Positions 1-10,880 are shown, counted from the first letter of the stretch. The stretch is DNA of 64,000 bases from Promethearchaeota archaeon (GCA_019057865.1 JAHLWP010000003.1:1-64000), one strand, 5' to 3'. Notes: a model not told the origin generated them from the sequence alone. A program made the numbers and translations.

Positions 1-206
1 CTTTTAATTTTCTCTTTCAATTAGAGGATTTTACTTTATTTAAGAATATTATTGAGTGTTTTTCAAGAACTAATGCTATAGGATATTTTCTTTTAAGCAA
101 AAAAGGTATTAAAATCATTAGTTCAGATAATAATTCTAAGGTTTTTTTACATTATTACCTTTCAAAGCAATCTTTTGAAAAATTTCATTGCCAGAATGAA
201 TTTTCA

Positions 207-1208
207 ATGGAGATTAATTTTTGTTCACTATTTAATATTTTACAACGCACATTCTTTGGGAATAAGAGAAATTCCAGACTCACTAAGAAAATAGAACTTT
301 CATATAAACATTCTGATATTTTAGAAATTAAGATCATTAAAGAGATTCCTAATAAAAGGTTATCAGATACCACCAATAAGCACAACCATTCATTTACACT
401 TAAAATTGAATCCTTAATGTATGGTAAAAGATTAGTTAATTACTTACATTCTAATCATCAATTATTTAAAAAAAATATAAAGACGGTATATTATGCTCAC
501 TTCTCTTTAGATTCATATATACTTTTAGATACAATAAAAGATATAAAAGCTCTTTCTGATAAATTTTCCCTTCAAATTACTAAAGAACTGGTTAGATTTG
601 ATATAAAAGACCTTTATTATGATGAAATTACACAAGAGGATTTGCACACCCTAAATTGTAAGGAACCCCAATCAGAAGAATATCCAATTAATTTTTTGGG
701 GAGAATTTTTCTTAAGTTTTACAAATATACAGAAGTATTGAAATTTTTCTTAAGAGCAGGTAAGAGTTTAAAATTAAAATTTCAATTTCCCCATCATTCT
801 TATCTTAAATGTTATTTAGCTCCCATAAAGGAAGAACAAGAGGATTTTGAATATGAAGAATATAATACTACCTATTTTTATCCTGAAGGTTCAAATAAAA
901 TAACTAAAGTTCCAAAAGATCCAAAATCCAAAAATACTAATATTTCGAGACTCAAAAGAAAGGTTAGAAAACCAATTCCAAATGATCCAGAGCAATTTCT
1001 TAAGACATTTAAGGATAATCTAAAGACGAAAAAGAAATCTGCTCAGACTAATTTTACAGATTCGGGTAATACAATTAATTCAAGGGTTAGAAACCAATTT
1101 ATTAAGAAAAAGATTAAAGAGAGAAAAGGTAAAATAAAGACCAAAAAGTTAAGTGATAAAGAATTTAGAAAAAGGCAAATAAATTCAATTAAAAAATTGG
1201 GTGATTAG
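207..1208 (+). CDS. Hypothetical protein with Lys-rich basic C-terminus
   Basis: 333-aa ORF; no motif recognised; stop is 6 nt before the next ORF. Confidence 0.6.
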   Translation: MEINFCSLFNILQRTFFGNKRNSRLTKKIELSYKHSDILEIKIIKEIPNKRLSDTTNKHNHSFTLKIESLMYGKRLVNYLHSNHQLFKKNIKTVYYAHFSLDSYILLDTIKDIKALSDKFSLQITKELVRFDIKDLYYDEITQEDLHTLNCKEPQSEEYPINFLGRIFLKFYKYTEVLKFFLRAGKSLKLKFQFPHHSYLKCYLAPIKEEQEDFEYEEYNTTYFYPEGSNKITKVPKDPKSKNTNISRLKRKVRKPIPNDPEQFLKTFKDNLKTKKKSAQTNFTDSGNTINSRVRNQFIKKKIKERKGKIKTKKLSDKEFRKRQINSIKKLGD

Positions 1209-1214
1209 AATAAA

Positions 1215-2006
1215 ATGAAATATCAAATTGGAAAATTTCACGATGTAAGCATAATTGTAGATTTAGATAGTCAAGAAGAACTATATAATGTTAATCTTAA
1301 TGATTTACCTCAATCTATTAAGAATGACATCCTTCAATTAAAAAAAGAACAGTCTAAGCAATCATTACTGCAATTTGTAAATATTCAACTTCAATACGAA
1401 TTAAATTATACTTCTTATAAAGATCTTGTGGAATACCAAGCTTCTATTTTTAAGCATAGATCGGTTGATAATTCTAAATACCTTAGTTATTTACTTCAAT
1501 CCTATACTATTCCCGATTTGAAAATTATGTGTAGAACTTTTAATATTAAAGGATATTCCAATCTAAAGAAACAAGATTTAATTCAATATATCATCGATTA
1601 TCTTTCAGAGGAAGAAAAAGTGGATTTTTTAAGAGAACACGAATTAGAAATTATCGAGCAAGAGTTCAATAAAGCATTAACTATCCTTAAGACAGGCAAA
1701 CCGGAAAAATATATTTCTTCTAAGGTTATCAATCAAGAACGAGGAGAAATTGAAGTGTCCTTTGAGGGTTTAAAATGGACTACCACTACTTATTTAAGCA
1801 TAAACGAAGAAAATATAGGAGATCCAGAAAGAGATTGCGATTGTATTATCGGTTCAAATAACGGTTTTTGTCCTCATTTTTGGATCTGCTTTTTGCTTAG
1901 TGTTAAGAAAAGTTTCTTTTCTATTAAAGATTGGAAACTAACTATTCTTCCATCAAAATTTAAGAACATTTTAAGAGTTGATAATATTGTTTTTTTCCTT
2001 ATTTAG
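1215..2006 (+). CDS. Rho-N/SAP-like helix-extension-helix plus SWIM zinc-finger protein
   Basis: YTIPDLKIMCRTFNIKGYSNLKKQDLI (Rho-N/SAP-like); DCDC-x8-CPH (SWIM CxC..CxH). Confidence 0.7.
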   Translation: MKYQIGKFHDVSIIVDLDSQEELYNVNLNDLPQSIKNDILQLKKEQSKQSLLQFVNIQLQYELNYTSYKDLVEYQASIFKHRSVDNSKYLSYLLQSYTIPDLKIMCRTFNIKGYSNLKKQDLIQYIIDYLSEEEKVDFLREHELEIIEQEFNKALTILKTGKPEKYISSKVINQERGEIEVSFEGLKWTTTTYLSINEENIGDPERDCDCIIGSNNGFCPHFWICFLLSVKKSFFSIKDWKLTILPSKFKNILRVDNIVFFLI

Positions 2007-2266
2007 CTGATAAAATAAATTAATAATCTTAGTCTCAGTTAAGTTTTAATTATGGAATTTTACTATTTTTTTATTAGTCTAAAAAGAATTCCATATCTCA
2101 ATGGATTTTTGTCTTGTGGTTTGATTTCGCCCTGTATAACTTCTTCTATAAATTTTATGGGATTCTCTTGGACTATTTCTTTTTCTTTTATTAAATGTTA
2201 TTTTGTGAATTTAAGACGGTTTAGATTATAGTATAACCAGAAGTAGTTCGAGATTAATACAATATT

Positions 2267-2851
2267 TCATCTTTCTTCTTTATTTTCTACCCCGCCAGGA
2301 TTTACAAGTTTAATAGCATATCCTTTTGTAGCTTTAAGTATCCAGTTAACGTAAGCAGCTAATTTCTCTATTTCACCATTTTTAACATATTCCATTACAA
2401 ACCAATTGTTCCCAAAAAGAGGAAAAGCCAATTTATCTATAATAGGGGTTTCTAAAAATTCTTCATGAGTATGTCGGGCTTCGAGTAAGGGCATTGCAGG
2501 TTCTGCTACAGTAGTGAATCCTAATTGGGCATATTTATATCCAGTAATCCATGTGGATGGAACAGAAAACCCAGTACCACTTCGAGTTAATTTTGTTCTT
2601 TTCATAGTTGCTTCGAAATGCTTATCTTCAGGGCGAAGTGATCGACCGGCATTAACTTTCGCACCGGCAATGTGAGAATGAAGATCAACTCCACCCGGCA
2701 TAACAATCATACCGGAAGCATTAATAACTTTAGCATCACTATTAACTTTATCAACAATAACACCATCTTTAATATAGATTTCTTTCTTCTCACCATCAAT
2801 GTCATTTAAAGGGTCATAAACTAAACCATTTTTTATTATTAAATTACTCAT
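2267..2851 (-). pseudogene. fwdA: 3'-truncated formylmethanofuran dehydrogenase subunit A
   Basis: IKNGLVYDPLN, PGGVDLHSHIAG, ARHTHEE, GNNW and KLVNPGG are FwdA motifs; the ORF stops at 194 aa versus about 570 aa for FwdA; no continuation recognised downstream. Confidence 0.85.
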
Positions 2852-3061
2852 CGTAAATTTCCTTAACTATAGTTGCAGTTTCAATAAATCTAAAATTAAT
2901 ATTTAATTTTGAAATAGTTCTAATACTTTTAAAAATCTATTATTTTTATAAAGATTTATTATTAATTTAAAGTATATGAAGGATTTTGTTTATTCATTTT
3001 AAAACCTTATTTTAATAAAAAATTAATTATATTTTTTAGAATAAAATGTAAAGATAATATT

Positions 3062-3910
3062 ATGGACGCAAAAGAATTATATCAAAAGCTCGATGAGGAT
3101 TTCGAACTTGACCTATGTAAAGATGATTGGTCTAGAATGGATTATAATGAATATATTAGTGATAACTTTAGAAAAAGATATATGGGAGTCCTTTTAGATA
3201 ATTCAATAAACATAAATACTGTTTATACTACTGTATTTCCCTCTGATCTAATTTTAGATAAGATATTGAAATCTGGTAAGAAAGACGTGCTTTTATTTAC
3301 CCATCACCCAATGGTTTGGGATATTAGAAAAGCACCGCAAATTTTTACTGACATTAATCCTAAATTTCTTCCAATATTCAAAGAAAGACAAATATCTATA
3401 TATACCATTCATGTACCCTTAGATAAAAATGGTAAATATTCAACAACAACAAATTTAGCTAAAGCATTAGAGATTGCTCCAGAAGGAGAGTTCTTTGAAT
3501 ATTTTGGTGTAAAAGTTGGTATATATGGGAAGACAGAGGTAAGTACCCCTGAAGAATTAGCGGAAAAACTCAGATCTGTTGTTGGACATAAAATAAAATT
3601 ATGGAAATACGGCTCTGACGAGATAAAAGACAATAAAGTAGCATTAGTCGCAGGGGGAGGCAATGAAATTGAGATAGTTCAAGAAATAATAGATTTAGGA
3701 ATTAATACATACATTACTGGTATTACACTACTAAATGAATATTCAAAACCAACACATGATTTTGAAGAAAACCATAAAATAAATCTAATAGGTGGCACAC
3801 ATTATTCAACAGAAAAATTTGCTTGTATTGCATTATGCGATTATTTTAAAAAAATTAAACTCCCTTGTAAATTCATAGAAGATATTCCTGTTTTAGAGGA
3901 TTTAGAATAG
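3062..3910 (+). CDS. Nif3/YbgI-like dinuclear metal-centre protein
   Basis: THHP, HVPLD and GGTHYSTE motifs. Confidence 0.85.
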   Translation: MDAKELYQKLDEDFELDLCKDDWSRMDYNEYISDNFRKRYMGVLLDNSININTVYTTVFPSDLILDKILKSGKKDVLLFTHHPMVWDIRKAPQIFTDINPKFLPIFKERQISIYTIHVPLDKNGKYSTTTNLAKALEIAPEGEFFEYFGVKVGIYGKTEVSTPEELAEKLRSVVGHKIKLWKYGSDEIKDNKVALVAGGGNEIEIVQEIIDLGINTYITGITLLNEYSKPTHDFEENHKINLIGGTHYSTEKFACIALCDYFKKIKLPCKFIEDIPVLEDLE

Positions 3911-4059
3911 TTATCAATTTTCTATATGATTTAGTATTGAATAAAAATATTAATAAAATATGATTTCTGCCTTAGTTTTATAAATAAATTAGTATAATAT
4001 TAAATATAATTTCCAAAAAAATTAAAAAAAAATCATAAATTAAAAGAAGGTGTAAAATT

Positions 4060-4578
4060 ATGTACGGAGGAAAAATTTTATGTATAATAGCTGGAATACT
4101 AACACTTTTAGCTACGTTTGTATTTTCTTGGATTGCAATTGATTCTGGTGGAGTTCTTTATTATACTAATGGTTTTGGAATAATAAAGAACCTTCCAACG
4201 ATGTTCACTGATGCAGAAGATTTAGAAGCCATATTAGATATACCTGCCTTTGCATTTTATATTATTGCCGGTGTTTTTATCCTATTCTTAGCCTCAGGTG
4301 TTTTACAAATTTTAGGAGCTGTTCATCGCGCACCTATAATAATTGGAACACTTGTTGTACTTTGTATTACGACCTTACTCTTTTTGGGCAGTACCGATTT
4401 AATTAATAGAGAAGATTGGATAGTCAATATTTTAGGTACAGATGAACCTTTAATAGAAGGCTTTATTCCACTCAAATTATTTGATATTAATTCATTCGAT
4501 CTAGGGCTGTATCTATTATATGCAGGTGGCATTATAGGACTTATCGCTTCCATTTATGGACCATCAGAGTTTTTTTAA
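4060..4578 (+). CDS. Integral membrane protein (about 4 TM)
   Basis: Four hydrophobic segments; AGGTG SD-like sequence upstream. Confidence 0.75.
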   Translation: MYGGKILCIIAGILTLLATFVFSWIAIDSGGVLYYTNGFGIIKNLPTMFTDAEDLEAILDIPAFAFYIIAGVFILFLASGVLQILGAVHRAPIIIGTLVVLCITTLLFLGSTDLINREDWIVNILGTDEPLIEGFIPLKLFDINSFDLGLYLLYAGGIIGLIASIYGPSEFF

Positions 4579-4609
4579 TTTTTCTCTATTTTTTTTATAA
4601 TATACGTTA

Positions 4610-5278
4610 TTATTTATTTTGAGAGATCTTCTCTAATTTTTTAAAATCTTTTTGCGTGTTAATGTTAATAAAAGAAACCAAATTATCATCAAGGGGTTTA
4701 ATGGTTTGTTCTATTGATACATAATGGATTTTCCAACTTTTATCTAAAAGATTGGTTAATTTATATGTTTTTCTTTTTAAATTTTCTTCAGCTTTTAGAC
4801 ACGCTTCTTTTATGGGATATATCGCAAATAAAGGCTCTAAGAAGCCGTTATCCCATTTAGGAATGCAACAATCAAACTCTTTAGATTCATTTATCAATAA
4901 TTTAACGACTTCCTTTTTAATTAGAGGAATGTCACATGATAAGGCAAATACCTTCCTATATCCTAGTAAATTTAATTCTTTAAATGCAGAATATAATCCT
5001 AACATAGGAGTATGAGCATTTTGATCTGAAAGAATATCTTGATCATCAATAATAAAGGCTGTTACTAATTTAAAATTAATTCTATTAATATATTTGGCAA
5101 CTTGTTGTCTAGAATTTGCAATTATAAAAATATTATAATCTAATTGAGTTAATGTATCAAGTTGGTAAGATATTAAAGGTTTTTCTTTAAGCTCAAAAAG
5201 ACCTTTATCACTTCCAAAACGGTTACTTTTTCCTCCAATTAATATAATTATAGCAAGATACTTTTTGTTTATACTTAT
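4610..5278 (-). CDS. mobA: Molybdenum cofactor guanylyltransferase; probable AUA start (track ORF 4610-5005 is only the C-terminal part)
   Basis: Open frame upstream of the track ATG encodes ILIGGKSNRFGSDKG; CDIP, EPLFAIY and FININT downstream; bounded by in-frame TAA at 5284-5282; first plausible start is ATA 5278-5276. Confidence 0.85.
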   Translation of the reverse strand: MSINKKYLAIIILIGGKSNRFGSDKGLFELKEKPLISYQLDTLTQLDYNIFIIANSRQQVAKYINRINFKLVTAFIIDDQDILSDQNAHTPMLGLYSAFKELNLLGYRKVFALSCDIPLIKKEVVKLLINESKEFDCCIPKWDNGFLEPLFAIYPIKEACLKAEENLKRKTYKLTNLLDKSWKIHYVSIEQTIKPLDDNLVSFININTQKDFKKLEKISQNK

Positions 5279-5395
5279 TTTTTACCACTTTTTAGTAGAA
5301 ATCATTAATAAACCATTAAACCAATTATTAAAAGTTATACATGATTTAAATTAATTGAAGATAATAAAATTGCCTTTCTTATCCTAATAATTATC

Positions 5396-6925
5396 ATGCC
5401 CATTAGAAAAAAGAATTATAAAAAGAGGCATAGCCTTCGAGAAAATTGCGCAATTTTTGGGGTTACATGCGATGATATTGGATTTTCGGTATCAAAACTT
5501 TTAAATCAGGGATTGATTGCTTTACAACATAGAGGTCAAGAGTCTGCAGGGATTTCTGTATTAAAAACTGGTGGAAATATTCATACTTATAAAAAAAACG
5601 GATTAGTATCAAGGGTTCTAAATAATCAAGTATTATCTCAATATTGGGGAAATGTTGGGATAGGTCATAATAGATATGCTACTACAGGAGCTACAGGATA
5701 TAAATCAACTGATTATATTCAGCCTTTTCACTTTAAAAACAATGAAATTGAATTCTCTATGGCTTTTAATGGTACGATTGCAAATTTTTCTGAAATTAAA
5801 AAAAGTATGGATGAGATGGGACGTGTTTTCATGACTGATACCGATACTGAGGTACTAGCACAATTAATTGGTTCCATTGCATTAGGAACAGAAGATTGGC
5901 CAGAAGTTTTGAAATTAGCTAGTAGATTATTAGATGGTTCATATTCATTAATTCTTATGACAGATCAAGGTGATATCTATGCAATGAGAGATCCACTTGG
6001 GTTTAAACCTCTATGCATTGGAGAATTAAAGAATTCTAGACGAAATCTATATTTTGTCGCCTCTGAGTCTTGTGCAATAGATGTTGTGGGTGGAAGATTC
6101 ATAAGAGATGTTGAACCTGGTGAAATAGTACATTTAAGTCATCAAAAAGACATTCATTCCGAAATAGTTTTGAAATCAAAAAGAACCGCTCTTTGTCAAT
6201 TTGAATTCGTTTATTTCGCAAGACCAGATTCTATAATTGATGGAGTTTCAGTAGCGGAAGCAAGATTAAGATTAGGAATTAATTTAGCCAAAAAAGATCC
6301 ACTATTAAAAATTCCTGAAATAAGAGATAATGCGATTGTTGTTCCTGTACCAGATTCTGGAAGAGGTGTTGCCGTAGGATATGTTAAAGAATCGGGTTTG
6401 CCATATGTAGAAGGATTAATGAAGAATAGATATGTTCATAGGACCTTTATAATGCCTGGTAAAGCAAAACGCAAAATAGCTGTAAAAGAAAAATTAAACC
6501 CTATCAAAAGTGTTGTTAATGGTAAAGATGTAATTCTTTTAGATGATTCAATTGTGAGAGGAACAACAACTCAACAAATAGTTTCACTATTGAGAGATAA
6601 AGGTGGAGCTAAACGTGTCCACTTACGGATAAGTTGTCCTCCGATTATAAGTCCATGTTATATGGGGATAGATTTTCCTACAAAAGAAGAATTAATTGCT
6701 GGAAGATTCCAAAAATTATATGATAAGGATTATATCGAAGAGATTAGAAAACAAATAGGCGCTGATACTTTGATTTATCAAACAGTCGATGATTTAATAA
6801 GAGCTATTGGAAAAAGTGAATCTCAACTATGTTTAGCGTGCTTAACAGGAAATTATCCTTTAAAATCGGTTAGAAAGTTGGCAGAAATGGAAGAATCAAT
6901 CGTAGCGAGTAGAAAAGAATATTGA
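5396..6925 (+). CDS. purF: Amidophosphoribosyltransferase, canonical (propeptide plus Cys1)
   Basis: RENCAIFG, LQHRGQESAG, GHNRYAT, LLDDSIVRGTT, C-terminal CLAC. Confidence 0.95.
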   Translation: MPIRKKNYKKRHSLRENCAIFGVTCDDIGFSVSKLLNQGLIALQHRGQESAGISVLKTGGNIHTYKKNGLVSRVLNNQVLSQYWGNVGIGHNRYATTGATGYKSTDYIQPFHFKNNEIEFSMAFNGTIANFSEIKKSMDEMGRVFMTDTDTEVLAQLIGSIALGTEDWPEVLKLASRLLDGSYSLILMTDQGDIYAMRDPLGFKPLCIGELKNSRRNLYFVASESCAIDVVGGRFIRDVEPGEIVHLSHQKDIHSEIVLKSKRTALCQFEFVYFARPDSIIDGVSVAEARLRLGINLAKKDPLLKIPEIRDNAIVVPVPDSGRGVAVGYVKESGLPYVEGLMKNRYVHRTFIMPGKAKRKIAVKEKLNPIKSVVNGKDVILLDDSIVRGTTTQQIVSLLRDKGGAKRVHLRISCPPIISPCYMGIDFPTKEELIAGRFQKLYDKDYIEEIRKQIGADTLIYQTVDDLIRAIGKSESQLCLACLTGNYPLKSVRKLAEMEESIVASRKEY

Positions 6926-6981
6926 TTTAGTATTAGAATTAATATTTTTTTCCAAAAATTAATAAATTTCTCTTTTAAATA

Positions 6982-8379
6982 TTATTCTACACCATCCCAA
7001 CAATACGTACAAAGCTTTTCTTTTGGCAACCCAATTGCTTTAACTAAGTTTTCAAGTCTTTGGTATTGTAAAGTCGTTAATCCCAGCTTTTTACGGATGA
7101 CATTGACCATGGCTTTATATTTATCAGAATCTGGGTCAGTATACTCCTTAGGATTATCAATATTTCTTCCAATAAGCTCTTTTATAGCCCATCTTCCTGC
7201 TAAATCTAATTCAGAGCGAGATCGAGAAAAATTTAGAAATTTACAACTATATACAAGTGGTGGACAAGCAGGCCTCATGTGTACCTCTTTAGCACCCAAT
7301 TCGTATAATCTTTGAATAGTTTTTTTTAATTGTGTTCCTCTCACAATTGAATCTTCACAGAAAAGTAAACGTTTATCATTAATTAACTCTTTAATCGGGA
7401 TAAGTTTCATTTTAGCAACTTGGTCCCTAATATTTTGATCTTGAGGCATAAAACTCCGAGGCCATGTTGGAGTGTATTTTACAAATGGTCTTGAGAAGGG
7501 AATTTTTGCTTCACTTGCATAACCTAAAGCGTGCCCTGTTCCAGAATCTGGTATACCTGCTACGAGATCTATTAGCATACCATCATTTTTTGCTAAATAT
7601 GATCCGCATTTATAACGAACTACTTCTACATTAATACCTTCATAATTAGATGCTGGATATCCATAATATACCCATAAGAAACCACAAATTTGTAGCCTGC
7701 TCCTAGGCGCGATTTTCTGTTCGAGACCCTTCTCATTTATAAAAATCACTTCTCCTGGTCCAAGATATTTTGTTATATTATAACCAAGATTGGGGAAAGC
7801 ACAAGTTTCCATAGTAACGGCATAAGATCCAGGCTTTTTTCCTATAATGATTGGTGTCCTACCAAATTTATCTCGGGCAACATAGATCCCTTCATCTGTT
7901 AATATAAGCATTGAACAAGAACCATCAATAATATTTTGAGCTTTTTGGATCCCTTGTTCAAAAGTAGTTCCTTGGCTAATTATAGTTGCTACCATTTCTG
8001 TAGGATTTATCTCCCCTCCATGCATTTCTGAGAAATGAGAGCCATTCTTTAATGCTTCTATTGCTAAATCTTCTAAATTGTTAATTTTCCCAACGGTACA
8101 AATAGCAAATACTCCTAAATGTGAGTTTATTATCAAAGGTTGATCATCATAATCACTGATTACGCCGATACCTTTATTCCCGTGCATCTTCTTAATATCT
8201 TTCTCAAATTTCGACCGAAATTGAGATGTAGTGATATCTTTAATGAACCTTTGAAAACCACCTGCATTCTTTACCGCCAAACCGCCTCTTCTGGTTCCTA
8301 AATGTGAGTGATAATCTGTCCCGTAAAAGAGATCTTCTAAACAATCAGTATTTGAATATACTCCAAAAAGACCACCCAT
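6982..8379 (-). CDS. purF: Amidophosphoribosyltransferase paralog lacking the Cys1 nucleophile (MGG-type)
   Basis: MGGLFG start, HSHLGTRRGG, PDSG, CEDSIVRGTQ, RPACPP, LCTYCW. Confidence 0.85.
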   Translation of the reverse strand: MGGLFGVYSNTDCLEDLFYGTDYHSHLGTRRGGLAVKNAGGFQRFIKDITTSQFRSKFEKDIKKMHGNKGIGVISDYDDQPLIINSHLGVFAICTVGKINNLEDLAIEALKNGSHFSEMHGGEINPTEMVATIISQGTTFEQGIQKAQNIIDGSCSMLILTDEGIYVARDKFGRTPIIIGKKPGSYAVTMETCAFPNLGYNITKYLGPGEVIFINEKGLEQKIAPRSRLQICGFLWVYYGYPASNYEGINVEVVRYKCGSYLAKNDGMLIDLVAGIPDSGTGHALGYASEAKIPFSRPFVKYTPTWPRSFMPQDQNIRDQVAKMKLIPIKELINDKRLLFCEDSIVRGTQLKKTIQRLYELGAKEVHMRPACPPLVYSCKFLNFSRSRSELDLAGRWAIKELIGRNIDNPKEYTDPDSDKYKAMVNVIRKKLGLTTLQYQRLENLVKAIGLPKEKLCTYCWDGVE

Positions 8380-8474
8380 TACACATCCACTGTATTTATA
8401 ATTTGAATTAAAATTTTTAAATAAAACTATTAATCCAATATGATTTGAAAAAACTGAGAGCTTTCAAGAATAAG

Positions 8475-10880
8475 TTATTTATTCTTAAGATATTGTAATA
8501 ATCCACCAATTAATTGTCCCGTACTTATGCCAGCATCACCTGGAGCTACTAGATTATGTTCTAAAAACGTATATTCCGCTTGATTAACTATATTTTTAAT
8601 CATTTTTGAGAAAGAATAATTATAAGCTACTCCACCTGTTAATCCAATTTTTTCACACCCATTTTCTTCTGCAATTTTAATAGCAACATTAGCTAAAATT
8701 TTACCAAATTCAATTTGAAATTTTGCAGCAATATCCTCTCTTTTATTTTGAGAATTCATTATCAAATCTAATATATCTAAAACTAATTTTGATGTATCAA
8801 TAATATAATTTCCATTTTGTCTATAATATTCAACATTTAATTTAATTTCCTTCGGATTTCCTCTCGAAGCTAATCCTTCAAGCCTCATTGCGGGTTCTCC
8901 TCTATAAGTTTTAATATTCGATGCTCCTAGTAGATATGATACAACATCAAAAATTCTACCAGCTGAACTTGTTAAAGGGATATTTTCTGAAGGAAAATTG
9001 GCGTTTGACATTTCAAATTGTGAAATTAAAGCATTTAATTCAGTTTCTTTATATTCTAAATCATTTCCTAAGCCTATTTTTTTGAAAATTTTTAGTGCTT
9101 CTTCGCTCCCAAGGGCTTTAATTATAATTGAAGCAGTCATTCGAGCAGGATATTTAGTACATCGATCTCCACCAATCATTGGTTGATATTCTAAAAGACC
9201 TACTCGTTGATATTTATCATAAGAACATAATAAAATTTCTCCTCCCCAAACATTACCATCATCACCATAACCAACACCATCTACACTGATTCCAACAATT
9301 TTTTCATCAATTTTTACATTATTTTCAGCCATTAAGCTTAATACGTGAGCAATGTGATGCTGAATTTGGAACAAATCGACGTTAAATTGCGAAGCGAGCT
9401 CATTCGCAAGTTTAGTAGTTATAAAAGCAGGATGTAAATCACATGTTATAAATTCAATTTCAGAATCTTTTATCTGTAATAGATTTTTCATATGAAAGAG
9501 TGAATTTCTTAAAAATTCATTTGTTTCAAGGTGAGTTACATTTCCAATATGTTGGGTGGGAAAAATCCTATTTCTCCTTAAAATAGCTCCAGTAACAGCT
9601 AATTCAGGTCCTGTTGATATAGCAGCTGGTATATCTACATCAAAAGATAAGGCTAAATATTCGGGGACATAACCTCTAGATCTTCTTATTAATTTAACTT
9701 TATTTTCGTGAATTCTTAAAACACTATCATCAGCTCGTTGAAAAATTGGTCTATTATGAAGAAGAAATACATCTGCTAGATTTTGAAGTTGCTTAAAAAT
9801 CTTATCATTTTCTATACCCATCGGAATATTTGATTTATTGCCACTAGTATAAACTAATGGTTTCTCTCCAATATAATCAAATAACAAATGGTGGATTCCT
9901 GAATAGGGTAACATAACACCTACATTATTTAATCCCGGAGCAACTTGTTGACTAATACTAGAATTATTAGAAGAATTTTTTCTCTCTAATAGAACAATAG
10001 GTCGACGAAAAGAAGTTAAAAGTTCTCGTTCTTTTTCTGAGATATAAAAATTCTTTTCAATTAATCTAAAATTTGGCACCATTAATGCAAATGGTTTAAA
10101 TTTCCTTTCTCCTTTTCTTTTTCTAAGTTTTAGAATAACGTCATCATCATCAGCTAAACAAACTAAATGAACACCCCCTATACCTTTAACGGCTATAATT
10201 TCTCCATTATTTATTCTATTTGATGTTCTTTTTAGTATTTCTGTTATAGAGTCTTGCTCTATTACATTACCTGATTTATTATATAGTTGATAATTTGGAC
10301 CACATATAGAACAAGCATAAGTTTGAGCGTGAAATCTTCTATTATTGAAATCAGAATATTCTTGAATACAGGACTCAGGTTCAGCTTTGTCACAGAAAGG
10401 AAACTTTATCATCGTTGTACGTTCTCTGTCGTATGGTAACTCTTTTACTGTAGTAAATCTAGGTCCACATACTGCACATGCGATGAATGGATAATTATAA
10501 TACTTCTTTAAATTCTTATTTCTTATATCTTTTAAACAGTTTTCACAAATAGCGATATCAGGAGGAAGAGTTAAACTTATTCCTCGTCCTTGTTCACTTT
10601 TCTTAATTTCTAAATTACTAAATGTTTTTTTGAAATCTATTTTTTTTACTTTAAAATGCTCAATATAAGATATTTTGGGTTTATTGCTTCTTACATCTAC
10701 AATAAAATTTTCAATACTTTTTGATTCACCTTGTAAGGTTAATCGAACTCCTGCATTTCCGCGATTAAGAATATACCCTTTTAACCCATTATTTCGTGCT
10801 ACATTAAATAAGAAAGGTCTAAATCCTACCCCTTGAACAATTCCAGTAATATTAATTTCGACAGTTCTAATATCATTCAA
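8475..10880 (-). CDS. hypF: [NiFe]-hydrogenase maturation carbamoyltransferase
   Basis: GIVQGVGFRPF acylphosphatase domain, CxxC zinc fingers, RRFHAQ, QHHIAH, DGVGYG, GDAGISTGQ. Confidence 0.97.
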   Translation of the reverse strand: MNDIRTVEINITGIVQGVGFRPFLFNVARNNGLKGYILNRGNAGVRLTLQGESKSIENFIVDVRSNKPKISYIEHFKVKKIDFKKTFSNLEIKKSEQGRGISLTLPPDIAICENCLKDIRNKNLKKYYNYPFIACAVCGPRFTTVKELPYDRERTTMIKFPFCDKAEPESCIQEYSDFNNRRFHAQTYACSICGPNYQLYNKSGNVIEQDSITEILKRTSNRINNGEIIAVKGIGGVHLVCLADDDDVILKLRKRKGERKFKPFALMVPNFRLIEKNFYISEKERELLTSFRRPIVLLERKNSSNNSSISQQVAPGLNNVGVMLPYSGIHHLLFDYIGEKPLVYTSGNKSNIPMGIENDKIFKQLQNLADVFLLHNRPIFQRADDSVLRIHENKVKLIRRSRGYVPEYLALSFDVDIPAAISTGPELAVTGAILRRNRIFPTQHIGNVTHLETNEFLRNSLFHMKNLLQIKDSEIEFITCDLHPAFITTKLANELASQFNVDLFQIQHHIAHVLSLMAENNVKIDEKIVGISVDGVGYGDDGNVWGGEILLCSYDKYQRVGLLEYQPMIGGDRCTKYPARMTASIIIKALGSEEALKIFKKIGLGNDLEYKETELNALISQFEMSNANFPSENIPLTSSAGRIFDVVSYLLGASNIKTYRGEPAMRLEGLASRGNPKEIKLNVEYYRQNGNYIIDTSKLVLDILDLIMNSQNKREDIAAKFQIEFGKILANVAIKIAEENGCEKIGLTGGVAYNYSFSKMIKNIVNQAEYTFLEHNLVAPGDAGISTGQLIGGLLQYLKNK

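Noticed and set aside
2200-2269. TGA ending fwdA as a possible Sec read-through
   Set aside because: FwdA similarity is already lost before the TGA, and the read-through (NIVLISNYFW...) is not FwdA-like and soon stops
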